Assembly (NCBI GenBank): GCA_002811645.1
Contig: PDIP01000151.1
Location: forward strand, 1 to 60,536
Length of the DNA stretch: 60,536 bases
Reading direction: 5' to 3'
Origin: Corallochytrium limacisporum Hawaii
Taxonomy: Eukaryota > Protista > Pluriformea
Shown here: positions 1-11,700 of the stretch, in pieces
Layout: the number at the start of each line of letters is the position of its first letter
Position numbering within the stretch: position 1 is the first letter of the stretch
Position numbers and translations under genes: made by a program
The notes under the pieces: model-generated
Seen by the model: only the letters and a program-made list of their open reading frames with translations
What the model was told of the DNA's origin: nothing
Database searches by the model: none

Positions 1-30
1 AACCCTAACCCTAACCCTAACCGTAACCCT
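1..30. repeat. Telomeric repeat (AACCCT)x5, TTAGGG-type chromosome end
   Basis: The window begins aaccct aaccct aaccct aaccgt aaccct: C-strand telomere repeats with one variant unit at position 1. Confidence 0.9.
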
Positions 31-709
31 TTTACATGGTCTGTTCTCCTTTATTTACTAACCAGCAGCACCCCGTTCACCCATATCACTACCCAATGCA
101 TTTACAGCCCCTGCAAGTGACCGTTTCTTTACGGACCTTGAAGTTCCCAATATTTGCTACCATCGTAATCGCTTTCGCAGGTGGCAAATGCGCGCATATT
201 CACAATAACCAATTTCGAAGCAAAGGAATAAAACTGTTCCGAATTTCCCGTGAATGTAGTATTGCACCAAGCACGAAACTCAAGGAACCCCTTCCCCCCA
301 ACACCCAAGGGGGGTGGGCATCCGCCGAGGGAGGGCCGAAAGGGGAAACGGGCGGAGATAATAACAGTGGACACACAGCTAGAGGCATATATCGGCTTTA
401 CCAACATCATGTTTTCTTCATTCTCACAAGCGCCGTGAAAGGCCCTAGCTTAGTGGATTTTTGACTAGAATTGCGAGGGTTTGGTGGAATATTCTCATGG
501 AACTTGCGGGATCGGCATTCATGATCAGCGAGAGGCGACGCAACAGGTATTTAAACAGACTAGCATCGAACTGACAAACCAGTCCTTTACAGTAATTCAG
601 TAAGAGACAAAATTACAACAAGAAGATAATCTTTCAAACACCTGATAGCTACCTCCTTGTCTTATTGAACACAGCTACATCAACAACACTACATCATCAA
701 TACTACATC

Positions 710-1714
710 ATGGCTCCCATCGCTAACGCTGCTCTGGCTTCTTCCGCCCATGCCACTGGATATTTCTACCTGATTAACACCTCTAACATGATTGGTGGTA
801 ACATGGACACTGATAACTTTACTGGCCTGTTTGAGGAAGAATCGTACGTATGGCCTAACCAAGGTCAGTTCAATTCCAACGCCACCGTTGCCACTCTAGT
901 CGGCTCCGAACACGCCTGTGACTTCAACTCAAAGGAATTGTCCATCGACCTGGAAATGAACGAAGGCAGTCTAAACATGGATATCAATGCAAGCTACCAG
1001 AATGGTCTCTGCAGTGTGACCATCCACAACGCGTCCCCTCAAGCCCGCTCCTCCGGCAACAGCTTTGCCGATCCAAGCACTGTCACAGTCTGGGCCTCCA
1101 ATATCAAACAGGACGAGGGTGCCCAGCCGGCCACCGTCCTCTCCACATGCAGTACCCAAGACTATCTGGCCAACCGCGGCTGTGACGGGGTTACCATGCA
1201 ACAACAAGACGGCGGATTGAACGTACCATACACAGGACATCTGGTTGGTACCAACGTGAATACCACCATTGGCGGCTACTGGGGCGTGGACCAAACGCTC
1301 GCAGCCGATCTGTTTGTCAAATCCACAGGCACTTGGCCCTCTCAAGCTTCCTACGGCTTTGCTACTACAGATTTTGGTATGATTGCTGACGAGAAGGCCT
1401 GTAATGTGAAGAATATCGGCGTGTGCATCAACTTTATTATGAACATGGGAAGTGCCACCGTTGTGTTCGACTTTGAATGGCAGAATGGCGGATGTCAAGC
1501 TATCTACAAGTCCGCCACTTATGCTGCCGGAGTCAGTGGTAGCCCGTTGGACAGCAAGGACACCATCCTGGCGGTGACTAAGCCCATCACCGACACTGGT
1601 GTGCCTGTCGTCAACATTGCCGCTTGCACCGCTGAGGAGTACAACAACAACACGTGCAAGAACGCCCCTAAGGACAAGGTTGTTGGTGGCATTAACTTGC
1701 CCGACAAGAACTAA
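710..1714 (+). CDS. Uncharacterised Cys-containing protein built from two tandem ~150-aa repeats, possibly secreted
   Basis: 349-aa ORF with first ATG at 710 (334 aa). Internal duplication: IGG..LF..WPxQ..ExAC..MNxGS..QNGxC..SG..C....Y..N..C occurs twice. The N-terminus ends in an AHA signal-peptidase-like site. Confidence 0.8.
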   Translation: MAPIANAALASSAHATGYFYLINTSNMIGGNMDTDNFTGLFEEESYVWPNQGQFNSNATVATLVGSEHACDFNSKELSIDLEMNEGSLNMDINASYQNGLCSVTIHNASPQARSSGNSFADPSTVTVWASNIKQDEGAQPATVLSTCSTQDYLANRGCDGVTMQQQDGGLNVPYTGHLVGTNVNTTIGGYWGVDQTLAADLFVKSTGTWPSQASYGFATTDFGMIADEKACNVKNIGVCINFIMNMGSATVVFDFEWQNGGCQAIYKSATYAAGVSGSPLDSKDTILAVTKPITDTGVPVVNIAACTAEEYNNNTCKNAPKDKVVGGINLPDKN

Positions 1715-1903
1715 AGTGCTTTCCATGGTGACGCGCGTTATACACCTGGGCAAATGTTCACAGAACGGAGATTTAACGAGATGTCAACCACCCTTCTTGG
1801 GGTAGCGCCCCATTGCACTTGCATGTGGCTTTAACACATCCTTACGTTTACCTGACACTAAATCTGCCATTGGAAGCTCTTTAAAACCATTTCAGTGCTT
1901 TAT

Positions 1904-3046
1904 CTATGTAAACTTGTTAGCTACTTGCCCAGATTCGATGTCGACTGGGGGTCCCTCCGTCTTCCATGACACATTTACACTATCTGCATCAGTGCACGAC
2001 ATAGTTCGTACAGAGGGCGAAGGCCCCTCAGACTGTTTCTTTTCTAAGTGACGGATCATGCCATTCACATTCTTCCAGGTAATATACACGATTAGAGTCA
2101 AAAAGCAGGCGACCGGCAGAAACACAATCATCCAGATAATCGTGTACACATTCACGAAATCGCTTGGATGCGTACTCATCAGATACAAGCCCTCAATGGT
2201 GACCATCCAGCCAACGACCACAATGACGCCTTGAACGATAGTATTCAAGACATTCAATCCGTCCAGAACCCTTGGATTCAGATCGGGCTTCAGTCTGTAG
2301 AGGATGGAGATTATGTGCAATGGCTGGTCAGCGGCGGCCAGAAAGGCGAGGACACTGGCAGGCCGAGCAGCCACAGCCCAGCTAAGATCTTGAAGTAATG
2401 GTCCAAACAAAATACCAAGACCAGCAACTAAAAGAGTACCAGCATGATGAGCTTCTTGAATCTTCAGAACCCCTTCCGTGTCGGAAAGCTCCAGAACGTA
2501 CGGAACAAGAAGCAACGGAAGAGCCCAGCCAAAGTCAGCGATTGAGCTGTTTATAACTTGCAAGATGCCGTCCTGGTCACGAAGAATGAAGCCCGGTGCC
2601 CAGATCTTAAACGGAAACAGAATAAGAAATTGAAGGAAAACCAGTGTTGAGACGACCAGTTTGAGTACTGCTCGGGAGAACTTTTTCTTCTTCACAGATT
2701 GATCAAAATCAGCGAATCGGAATATCCGCGGATAGACACAGATGCCCAAACGATACACGAAGAGACATGCGAGGAAGAGTAAAACGTACACTGTGGACGT
2801 GAGAAATATAAGAGAAACATCATTGTTGAGGAAAAATGGCAAGAGACAAGTGCTCTTGAACTCTTCTATGATGTAGGTCAAGTCACCATTAGCTGCAGCA
2901 TCACAGGCGACCGGTGTCAAATATCCATCAGTACACATCTGCGGGAAGACACTCTGACATTCTGCGGAATTAATGTCTTGTAAGCACACATTACATCCTG
3001 TCTGAATGTATGCTGGAAAACTATCGAATGATGCAGCTGTCGGCAT
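1904..3046 (-). CDS. Multi-pass membrane protein, TLC (TRAM/LAG1/CLN8)-like, with a Cys-rich N-terminal region
   Basis: First ATG at 3046. About 6-7 hydrophobic helices; YVLEL...AHHAGT resembles the TLC-domain HH motif; six Cys precede TM1. Confidence 0.6.
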   Translation of the reverse strand: MPTAASFDSFPAYIQTGCNVCLQDINSAECQSVFPQMCTDGYLTPVACDAAANGDLTYIIEEFKSTCLLPFFLNNDVSLIFLTSTVYVLLFLACLFVYRLGICVYPRIFRFADFDQSVKKKKFSRAVLKLVVSTLVFLQFLILFPFKIWAPGFILRDQDGILQVINSSIADFGWALPLLLVPYVLELSDTEGVLKIQEAHHAGTLLVAGLGILFGPLLQDLSWAVAARPASVLAFLAAADQPLHIISILYRLKPDLNPRVLDGLNVLNTIVQGVIVVVGWMVTIEGLYLMSTHPSDFVNVYTIIWMIVFLPVACFLTLIVYITWKNVNGMIRHLEKKQSEGPSPSVRTMSCTDADSVNVSWKTEGPPVDIESGQVANKFT

Positions 3047-5325
3047 TTTTTGATCCCTGTGTTTACATCCACGTACCACACTCGTGATTCCCTGAGTTGT
3101 GCATTCTGCTCAATCCCCGATCTTACAGATCCCTTCTCATCTTTGTCCAAATAGTTCGGTGTGACATGTGGGGAACGCATCCCAAAACCGTCCATTCTGC
3201 AGGACCAAGTCATACAAGACTTAAAGTACACAGGCCAATGACCGTGAACTTCTCTGCGCAGCTGGTATGGGGACGAATTGTTCGGAACCGCCCCAGATAG
3301 TTAACTTTGGGAAACAAAGCCCCCGAGGGGAAAGGGGGAAAGCCGAGAGGACCTGTGACAGTGGACCGTTTCATCTGTGGACCAAAGGTAGTGTTACTTT
3401 GTCTTAGTACTACGGTTCACTATGATGACTGTTCCTTCGAAAAAGATCACTTCCGTACCCCATCGGGTGATGTTTTACATAGGGGCTCTAAAGAGCCAAG
3501 TAAGCATTGACTGTTCCACCTGGAACGATCTTCGTACCACACTTATCAATCACTTCTGCTCGAACAAAACCAAGCATATAGGCGAACAGCATCATTTGGC
3601 TTCATGACTAGCTTGATGTGGTGCTTCCTCTTGATTGTTCCGTCGGTCTACAGTAAACCGTGCAGTCACATACACCGTCGAGTACCCAGGTTGTTCACCA
3701 AGCGCTGCAGTGTGCGCACAAGGGACCCCTCACCTTAATGAGGGAGTGGGTGGAAGTAGGACGAATTAGCCCTGCCTTCTTGTATGTGTAATCTGTTTTT
3801 TTTTTTGTTTTTGTTTGGCGATATACGCGTTGGAGAAGGTGGGGACATAACACCAACCCGCAGCAGCCGGCTCTACTAAGTGAGGAACCCCCTAGTGGCT
3901 ATTGGTTATTGGGGAAAGGAAAAGGTTGGGGTAGTAATTTGGATTCCTAAGTGCCGACCATATTATTTGTTAAGGATTTCAAAATGGAATCACTTCACTG
4001 GTTTGAGCCAGTTTCTTAGTGCAGGAAGCAACGGGGCCAGAAATCTTACTCCACTTTCATGTCATGGCTTCTTCGTAAGTCGCGGTGTTTGTATTCGTAG
4101 ATCGTTCATAGCTTGGACAGGATGTATGCGGGCGCACAAGTTTTCCCGTTTGAGTATTAGCGTGCGTAGTGGCTCCGAAGAAACCTAGGACTCATGTTCC
4201 CCGACAGGGGATGGGAAAAGACTTTCCATGTCCCTTTGAAAATGTAGCGAATTTGGTCCGGGCCCATACAATGCCTGCTGTGGAAAGGAAAATTGTTCGG
4301 GCGGTCCAGTAGTAAGGAAGATGGGCCCGCTCCTCAAACAATATCTGTGTAGCAGAAACCCCCCATCGGCCGCATGTTTCACCGTGTACTTTTATGCACA
4401 GAGAGCGAAAGTTCAAGCTGTACGGCTCCAAGTCTTGGACCTTACAAGAGGCTGCTTTGGGCCTTCCGCAAGGGGGAATTCCGCCCTTCTAGTACAGTGT
4501 ACCCTGCATGTTCGTGAAGCATGGCGATTCTGGAACGCGCAAGTATGTGATCCTTCACCACAACTTTCTTTGAGAGTCCCTGTTTTCGTGCCGGCCGGCA
4601 GGTTGAAGATGGTAGGAGTGTATCGATCATCCTCGCAGGTGTACTACCCAGATGAGCCAAGGATGGAACCATGGCGACATTTTCTGCTTCCCCAGCAAAA
4701 GTGGAGAAAACATTTTATATCCGGATACTACTTGAAACAGTGCAAAGAGGTTCACAATGAGGTGCAGTGGGGATTTCTTTCTCCAACTGCTCTTTTTTCG
4801 ATTTGCCGCGCGCTTGCCCGTCATATAGCTCTATCTCACAGAAGCAACAGCAGGAATTGTCAGGCGAGAACACAGAATACTTTCGAAACAGTAGGACAGC
4901 ACACACAACTTCTCACTCTGTTTACGCGCCCCGTCCTTGTATGGAATTTCTTCCATTTGGTATCAATTCAAAATTGTCATCACATTGTCCATACATGTTC
5001 GTTCCTGCGCGTTGTTGATAGAGCTGCACGGATAGTACAGTGTACCCTGATTGTTACTTTGGTTTGCACGGTAGAACAGTAGAATGTTCGCTACAAGGCA
5101 GAGGAACCTCGCCGGTCCGGGGAGTGCTAGATCTACGGTGAGGGACTGCATTCGGACTATTGAAAGTAAATCCAACACGAGTGCGGGCAGAGGGCACTGT
5201 TTGGACACACAGCAACAGATCGCGCAGGAAACGACACTACCAAAAGGTACTTCACCGATTAATGGATCGCAAATGCCCGGGGGGAGAGGCCCGCCCGATG
5301 GGTTTACTTTGTCCTTCTGTATGAG

Positions 5326-6498
5326 ATGGTTAGAAAGAAATCGCCCGGCTTTCCCAATATGCTGTACACCAGTATTCTCGTCGGTGTTTCTTTGATGTTC
5401 TCGGCTGTGACTGCCACTCCCGTTAGGTTGGAGCGCTATGAGGATCCACTTTCTCAGGTGACGGAAAACTACGTACATCGCCATGAGGTCAAGGCGAATT
5501 CTCAGCGGCCACCGGACCACAAGCTATGCGAGCGCGAAGATTTTCGTGATGTGACCATGAAGTTGATTGGCGAGTCCACTTTGTACGGACTCTTCGGTGA
5601 GAATCGCCATGCACAGATCCTTGAAGCATCAGCACTGGCGCATGTGGACTCCACATTCTACGTCGTTTTCGACTCCCTCGATGCTATTGGTGTTGTTAAT
5701 CACCCCTACGATTTAAATGACCCAGTGAATTATCTCAATGGTGATGTGTCCGGTGACAGTCAGTTTGAAGGCATTGCATACAACGAGGACAGAGGAACCT
5801 TCTTTGTGTTGAAAGAGAGTATTGAACATAAGGATGGATACAGGCCGGCCACCTTGGAAATCAAATTCAAAACGCCTGAGGGCTCTGGATATGACATTCT
5901 GGAGACTTGCGTTGTCGAATACGAACTAGATACCGAGAACAAGGGATTCGAGGGCTGCTTGTTCCACAACCGAAAGCCTGAGAACACTGCTGGCAAAGAT
6001 GATCCACTTCCTGCCGGTGAATACTTGATTGGCTTGTGTGAGGGTAATCATTGTAAGGGAGGAAGCAAGGGTCAGGAACGAGGAAATGGTCGAATGGTCA
6101 TCTCTAAGCGCATTCCTGCCCATGGGGAACAGGATCATTGCCAGTGGCAACCAGTGAAGACCATTCATATTCCCAAGAAAGCTCATTTTAAGGACTACAG
6201 TGGTGTGGCTACCCTGGACAATACTATTGCGATTACTTCCCAGGAAGATTCTGCTGTCTGGATGGGTACTTTCGACTTTGAGAAACTGGACTTTGCAGAT
6301 GATGATGGTGAAGTCTATTTCTTCCCTCGTGACGCTAACTGCGAACAGATCTACTGTAATATTGAAGGCATCCAGTTCATCTCACGATATGAGATCACAG
6401 TCGTTAGTGATCGCATGAAAGGTAGTGGGCGCCAGAGTTGGACATGTCTCCAGAAAGATCAGTCCATGCATTCTTTCCAGCTGCCAAGACAGAAATGA
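5326..6498 (+). CDS. Secreted beta-propeller protein, SdiA-regulated/YjiK or esterase-like phytase-like (uncharacterised)
   Basis: 390 aa. Hydrophobic signal (ILVGVSLMFSAVTA) and recurring blade motifs EASAL, FEGIA, FEGCL, YSGVA, IEGIQ. Confidence 0.6.
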   Translation: MVRKKSPGFPNMLYTSILVGVSLMFSAVTATPVRLERYEDPLSQVTENYVHRHEVKANSQRPPDHKLCEREDFRDVTMKLIGESTLYGLFGENRHAQILEASALAHVDSTFYVVFDSLDAIGVVNHPYDLNDPVNYLNGDVSGDSQFEGIAYNEDRGTFFVLKESIEHKDGYRPATLEIKFKTPEGSGYDILETCVVEYELDTENKGFEGCLFHNRKPENTAGKDDPLPAGEYLIGLCEGNHCKGGSKGQERGNGRMVISKRIPAHGEQDHCQWQPVKTIHIPKKAHFKDYSGVATLDNTIAITSQEDSAVWMGTFDFEKLDFADDDGEVYFFPRDANCEQIYCNIEGIQFISRYEITVVSDRMKGSGRQSWTCLQKDQSMHSFQLPRQK

Positions 6499-6587
6499 AC
6501 TATGTAGGAACACAACTATGAAACGGTCATGACCGTACTCTTGGAGACTACTGTAATAGAGGAGCTATGAAAAACGCGATATACGAC

Positions 6588-8267
6588 TTATTCCCCAAGA
6601 CTTATGAGAGCCGCTGCCATGTTTGCTACCATCAACCCGGACCCAACGAACAGAATGACCCGGGCAATTAGAATCCTCCAAAAGTCATTGTGAGGGATGA
6701 GGATACGCAAGGCGGCAGCGACAGTGTACTGTCCGTCTAGAAAATACGCAGGCACAATATTCAAAAGGGCGAGAGCCCCGCTAAGGCTGAGAGTGTACCG
6801 TAGTGTGAGAGTCCAATGCATAGGGAATGACGCACTGAACACTCCAGTTTTCGGAATGAAGTCACTCATTCCAATTGTGTGAATGAGCTCCAAAGGATCG
6901 CCGAAGAAGATTGCGGGAGGCGGTAAATGCTTCCGATCCTCTCCAGCCTCTGCAGCATGGAACTCTCCTAAAAACCCAGCGTGCCGCTTGGATGGCACGT
7001 AGTCGAGCATTAACAGCTGTACCGGTGCTGGGGGAATGTTTGGGAAGAAGCACTCGTGACCCACTTGACCACAGTCCTTGTGCTCATCACACCTTTTACT
7101 GTTGATCACCTTCCGTACGGGTAAGCACGAGTGGTTTGTTTCCGTGTAGCGATGTCCATCATCGGCCTGGACTTCCTCGGCATCACCATCGTCACCGACA
7201 CTGTCATCATTGTCCTTTTCATCTACGGCTCGACGATTGTGAAAGCAAAGACGTGATTCCCTAAAATCACCATGGTCAATCAAGGCCCGATCACAGCAGT
7301 CTAGACTCCCGTCGTCGTCGCGAACAAACTCTGCGGGATCCAAAAGGGTGGTACCAGCTTCCAAGGTCTCATATTCACCGCTGTGGCTTCCTTCTTGGCT
7401 CACACAGTACCCATTGTGAACTTTATTGCGCATACGCAAAAGGCAGTCGATCCACTGATCTGCGCCCGTAATGTCACACGCACCGGAGTCTATGGATACT
7501 ACCCGATCACCCACCTTCATTACCGAAAACATTGGACTTTGCCGCGGGAGTTCCACAACAACTGCTCCGTGCCCTGAACCGTACAAAGGTACAAAGAAAT
7601 ACGGCGAGAGTGCCAGCAGAACCAAGGCAGCAATGGATATCAGCACATTATGCCATACCCCTGCTGTGTATATCCGTAGCTGATTCCATGGGTGTAGCTT
7701 CTCTACGTGGCTGCCGTCCAATTCTACATATGCGCCGGGATACATCAGGGCCAAAAACACACCAAACCCTTCCACCACCACTCCTTCCGTCGCAGCAGCA
7801 ATGGCATGACCCATTTCATGCAACACACCGGCCAGTGCCAGGGCAAAAAAATAGTAACCCAAATGGCTTACTGGTAGATTAACACCAGGTACAACCGGTG
7901 TGAGAAATTGTGCCGACTCCTCGATGTCTACACTACCATCTTCCGCTTCTACCCGGACCGGTGAGAATGTGTAAAACAGATTTAGTGCGAGTACAACCAC
8001 ACTCGATACACTAATAACCAAGGCCGTAAGAATTCCAAGATCAAAATACAGTCTGCTTGCTTTTGGTGCGGCTGTCGCTGTCCGAACAAAAAAGTCATTG
8101 AATTTGGTTGTGAACAGGCTTATGGACGCAAAACTTACCGACATCCCACTTCTTCTCATGAACCGGCCGTAGTGTGGGCGCCAAGCCTTGGTTAATACTC
8201 TATCCAACAGATAGAGGAGCGTCCAAATCCCGAGGACAACCCCGGCGACTGTGGCCAAACGACTCAT
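6588..8267 (-). CDS. MBTPS2: Site-2 protease (M50 intramembrane zinc metalloprotease)
   Basis: HEMGH zinc motif, PGAYV, IYTAGVWHN, PDZ-like and Cys-rich lumenal region, C-terminal NIVPAYFLDG. ATG 8267 preferred; an in-frame ATG also exists at 8354. Confidence 0.93.
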   Translation of the reverse strand: MSRLATVAGVVLGIWTLLYLLDRVLTKAWRPHYGRFMRRSGMSVSFASISLFTTKFNDFFVRTATAAPKASRLYFDLGILTALVISVSSVVVLALNLFYTFSPVRVEAEDGSVDIEESAQFLTPVVPGVNLPVSHLGYYFFALALAGVLHEMGHAIAAATEGVVVEGFGVFLALMYPGAYVELDGSHVEKLHPWNQLRIYTAGVWHNVLISIAALVLLALSPYFFVPLYGSGHGAVVVELPRQSPMFSVMKVGDRVVSIDSGACDITGADQWIDCLLRMRNKVHNGYCVSQEGSHSGEYETLEAGTTLLDPAEFVRDDDGSLDCCDRALIDHGDFRESRLCFHNRRAVDEKDNDDSVGDDGDAEEVQADDGHRYTETNHSCLPVRKVINSKRCDEHKDCGQVGHECFFPNIPPAPVQLLMLDYVPSKRHAGFLGEFHAAEAGEDRKHLPPPAIFFGDPLELIHTIGMSDFIPKTGVFSASFPMHWTLTLRYTLSLSGALALLNIVPAYFLDGQYTVAAALRILIPHNDFWRILIARVILFVGSGLMVANMAAALISLGE

Positions 8268-8725
8268 CGCGTATGCTATTGACCTACATGGCTGCTTGGC
8301 TGAGGAAGAACACTTTGAATTTAGTTTTCGACTTACTGGGAAAGGCTCTAACATCGGCACAAATATTTTCGATAATCCATTACCGCAATAGCTCAAGTAC
8401 CTTGTTGCTGAACCCACATACACCGCACGCTCGAACCTCCTGTCGCGCTTTCCTAATGGCTGCTTTCCTTATTTGATGGTGGCGGTGGGGATTCAATACT
8501 GCATTCAGTAGCACAGAGATGGGAGGCCAGACCACAGCTATCATTGCCCTAGGCGCTAGGTACTGCCTGGCTTCCCGCCCTCAAACAGTTCGCCCCCTTC
8601 GGGGGAGGGGGGGAAAGAATTCTGGACACGGCGCCGCGTACACATGAACCGACTACAACATTGCAAACTAATGGAAAGAAATGTGATGTATGTAAAGTAA
8701 GGAGCCGGGTTCAGGAAGGATTCAT

Positions 8726-11700
8726 CTACCTCGTTTGATGCATGGAGTCGCGATGGACGTTGCCGCCAAATTGACCAGGAGTGCAAGTAGCAGCGAGAGC
8801 GTGTGCTCTTTCAATGACATGACGGGGTACTCCTGCCATTTCGGCAATGTGTATGCCAAACGAATTGGAAGCAATGCCAGGGCGGAGCTTGTGATGGAAG
8901 ACTGGTGTGCTTCTGACATCGTCCGAGCCGAAGGATACAACGTCACAATGTACTTGAAGAGCTTGCACAGAGTTTGTTTGTCTAGCACTGGAAAGAGTGG
9001 ATGCCAACGAGTCGTACAACTCATGAAAATGAGTGGCCACAAAGGTGCGACATTGGATGTCATCACGAAGTCTTTCAAGGACAGCAATGGCAAGACAGAG
9101 TCCGTCAGCCCAGCTGGTTCCTCTTCCAAGTTCATCAATGAGCACTAGAGAGTCTCGGGTAGCGTGTCGCAGTATTTGTGCAGTCTCTCGCATCTCAACC
9201 ATAAATGTAGACTCACTACGACGGAGATTGTCACTTGCTCCCACTCGAGCAAACAGGCGATCAACCATGGTGAAGCTTACACGTGCAGCAGGTACAAACA
9301 AACCAGCCTGACCCAAGATTGCGATTAAGGCGTTCTGTCGCAAATAGGTGCTCTTGCCACCCATATTGGGCCCGGTGATGAGGACCATATCCTGAGGCGG
9401 AAGATCCATTTCTGGTGACCCTTCGCCTAGCCTTGTATCGTTGCCTTGGAAGCCAATTGATTTGTCTAGAGACAAGACAGCATGCTTACCGTCTTCAATG
9501 ACCATCAATGGACGGTCGCTTCCCCCATTACGAGTCGCGGGAGATATCTCTGGGCGGGTCCAGCCCTCTTCCCGTGCTAGTCGGGCCGCCGTTGTCGCGA
9601 AATCAATTTCGGCGATGACCGACGATGCCTTGGTGACAAGGTTACGATGCAAGCGGATCTGTTGTCTCAGGGAATTGTAAATCGACTGAAGAATGTCGTC
9701 TTCGTCGGTCTGCAACTGATTAATATGGGTTTGAAGAGAAAGTAGGGCTGTTGAAGTCAGGCGGGTAGTCCGTCCTGTGCGAGTGACACGACCATCAACT
9801 GCATGTCGCAGGCGGAGTGTGTTGGGATCCTTCAGCAACTCTGATCCAGCGACAGAGTTTGTTTTTGCCCAGGAGAGAAGATCCTGGCGGGCACGCTCGC
9901 TGACACACAGCAATTTACCAGCTCTAGTGGACACTGAGGAGTTCATGGAATTTGATGTCGTCTCGGCTACCAATTCGTCAAGGTATCCAGTCACCGCCTG
10001 GTTCGCACGGAAGAAATCGCTCCCAACTGAGTTATGCGAGGCCTTGATTGCAGCAGGGTGGTGGTTCTCAGTGAGAGAGTCCTCGTCGAGGACCTTTTCC
10101 ACTGCCAATCCGGCAGAGCGCGCAAGCAGCAGATCCACGTATTCTGTGCGCACTTCAAGGACCATTAGTTTGGACCGACGGTCTGTCTTGATCGACACAG
10201 CTTTTTGGGCCTCCGGTGCCGTCAACCGATCGCCAAGCAATGCACAGTAGTAAGCTAGCAACTTGCCGCGCAAGTCCTGGAATCCTGTCTGGCTCCGTCT
10301 TAGGCTCTGGAGATCGGGGGAGAATTCTTCACTTACATGGCCAGCCATGGAACCGCCTCCCGAACCCTCGGGTGAAGAAGCCGGCAGGGCTTCACACAGT
10401 ACCACATGTAAGGCTTTAACATCACGCAGCACGTCAATGTCAACATCAGCTTTTTCTTGGAAAAGTGCGCTCATGGTAGTCAAAGAACCATCCTGGCTTT
10501 TGTCAAAAATATCATGTAGTTCTAGAAGGCCACGCAATGAGTCACGGAAGTCCAACAAGGGGCCCCATTGCTGTCCATTACCAGCATCGATACGCTGCAT
10601 TAAGCGGTCAATATCTCCTATGTTGCGCAAGGGCCGATTCACTTCAGTTCGGAAAACCGGGCGATCAGAAAAGAATTCCACGCCATTGTGCCTGCGAGAG
10701 ATCTCCGCAATGTCCGTCGAGGGTGCACAAACACGGCGACTTAATAATCGTCTACCCATTGCTGTCGAGCTGCCGTCCACAGCGTGTAGCAAGGAACCAG
10801 GTCCACGGAAGGGGCCTCTTCCGAGCTCTGGTTTCGCGATTTCTAGCGCGTTCCTAGTTTCGGCATCAATGGCCATATGCGAAGACCGATTGTACACTTG
10901 TGGACTCATGGCTCCGATAACAAGACTGGATGCAGTGTGTAGATCATCCAGAGACCGGTAGCTGTGTTCTGCATTGAGTTTGTCTTGAACAGACTTGCTA
11001 TGGAACGACTTTAGCGACGGTTGGTCTAGCCCGACATCAGAGTACATCTTGCCTCTCTGACACACACTAATGTAGCCAATGAGACCCTTAAGTGCCTCGA
11101 TCTGAGATGTGTTGACCGCACCCAATGCCCGTTTCCACTCTTTCAGATCTTCCGCTTCCTTCAGTGCCATTTCCATGGCACCCTGGAATTTGTTCGAGCG
11201 GCACCAGTCCACAAATATGCCACTGACTCGCCACTTTCGCGCGAGCAGGTGCCGTGCAGATTCCGACGAATCCAAGGAACCCCGATGAGGCTCTGGAGCT
11301 CCGCCACCGGTGGCAAACGGATGGTTGTTGACGGCAGTATTTGTCTCCACATCTTGTACCATACTTCCTACAATTGAGCGTAGCCCTGTGTCAGAAGTCC
11401 CGGTTGAAGCATCGGAATCTGCCATGGAGCTGTCCACCCAAGCCAGTGGATCGACCAAAACTTCCGATGGTTGCAATCGCTCTAACTCCTCCTCCAGGGA
11501 AGATTCCGGTACAATTGCTGTCTCTAGGTGTGCACTACTCAAATCAATCCATGCCAATCCCAAAGAACTCCGCACTGGTCCCTCATGCTCATCAACCACA
11601 GGACTACCGATCGCAAGCAGATAATTGGCATCGTGGTACAGGCCACTGATTCTAGTTCCTGGAGTCACAATACGTGTGACCTCACGACGAAAGATGCGGT

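Noticed and set aside
971-1753. 260-aa minus-strand ORF
   Set aside because: Antisense shadow of the 710-1714 gene; no motifs.
4321-5082. 253-aa plus-strand ORF
   Set aside because: No recognisable domain and an atypical Arg/Cys/His-rich composition; probably a chance ORF, though a relic cannot be excluded.
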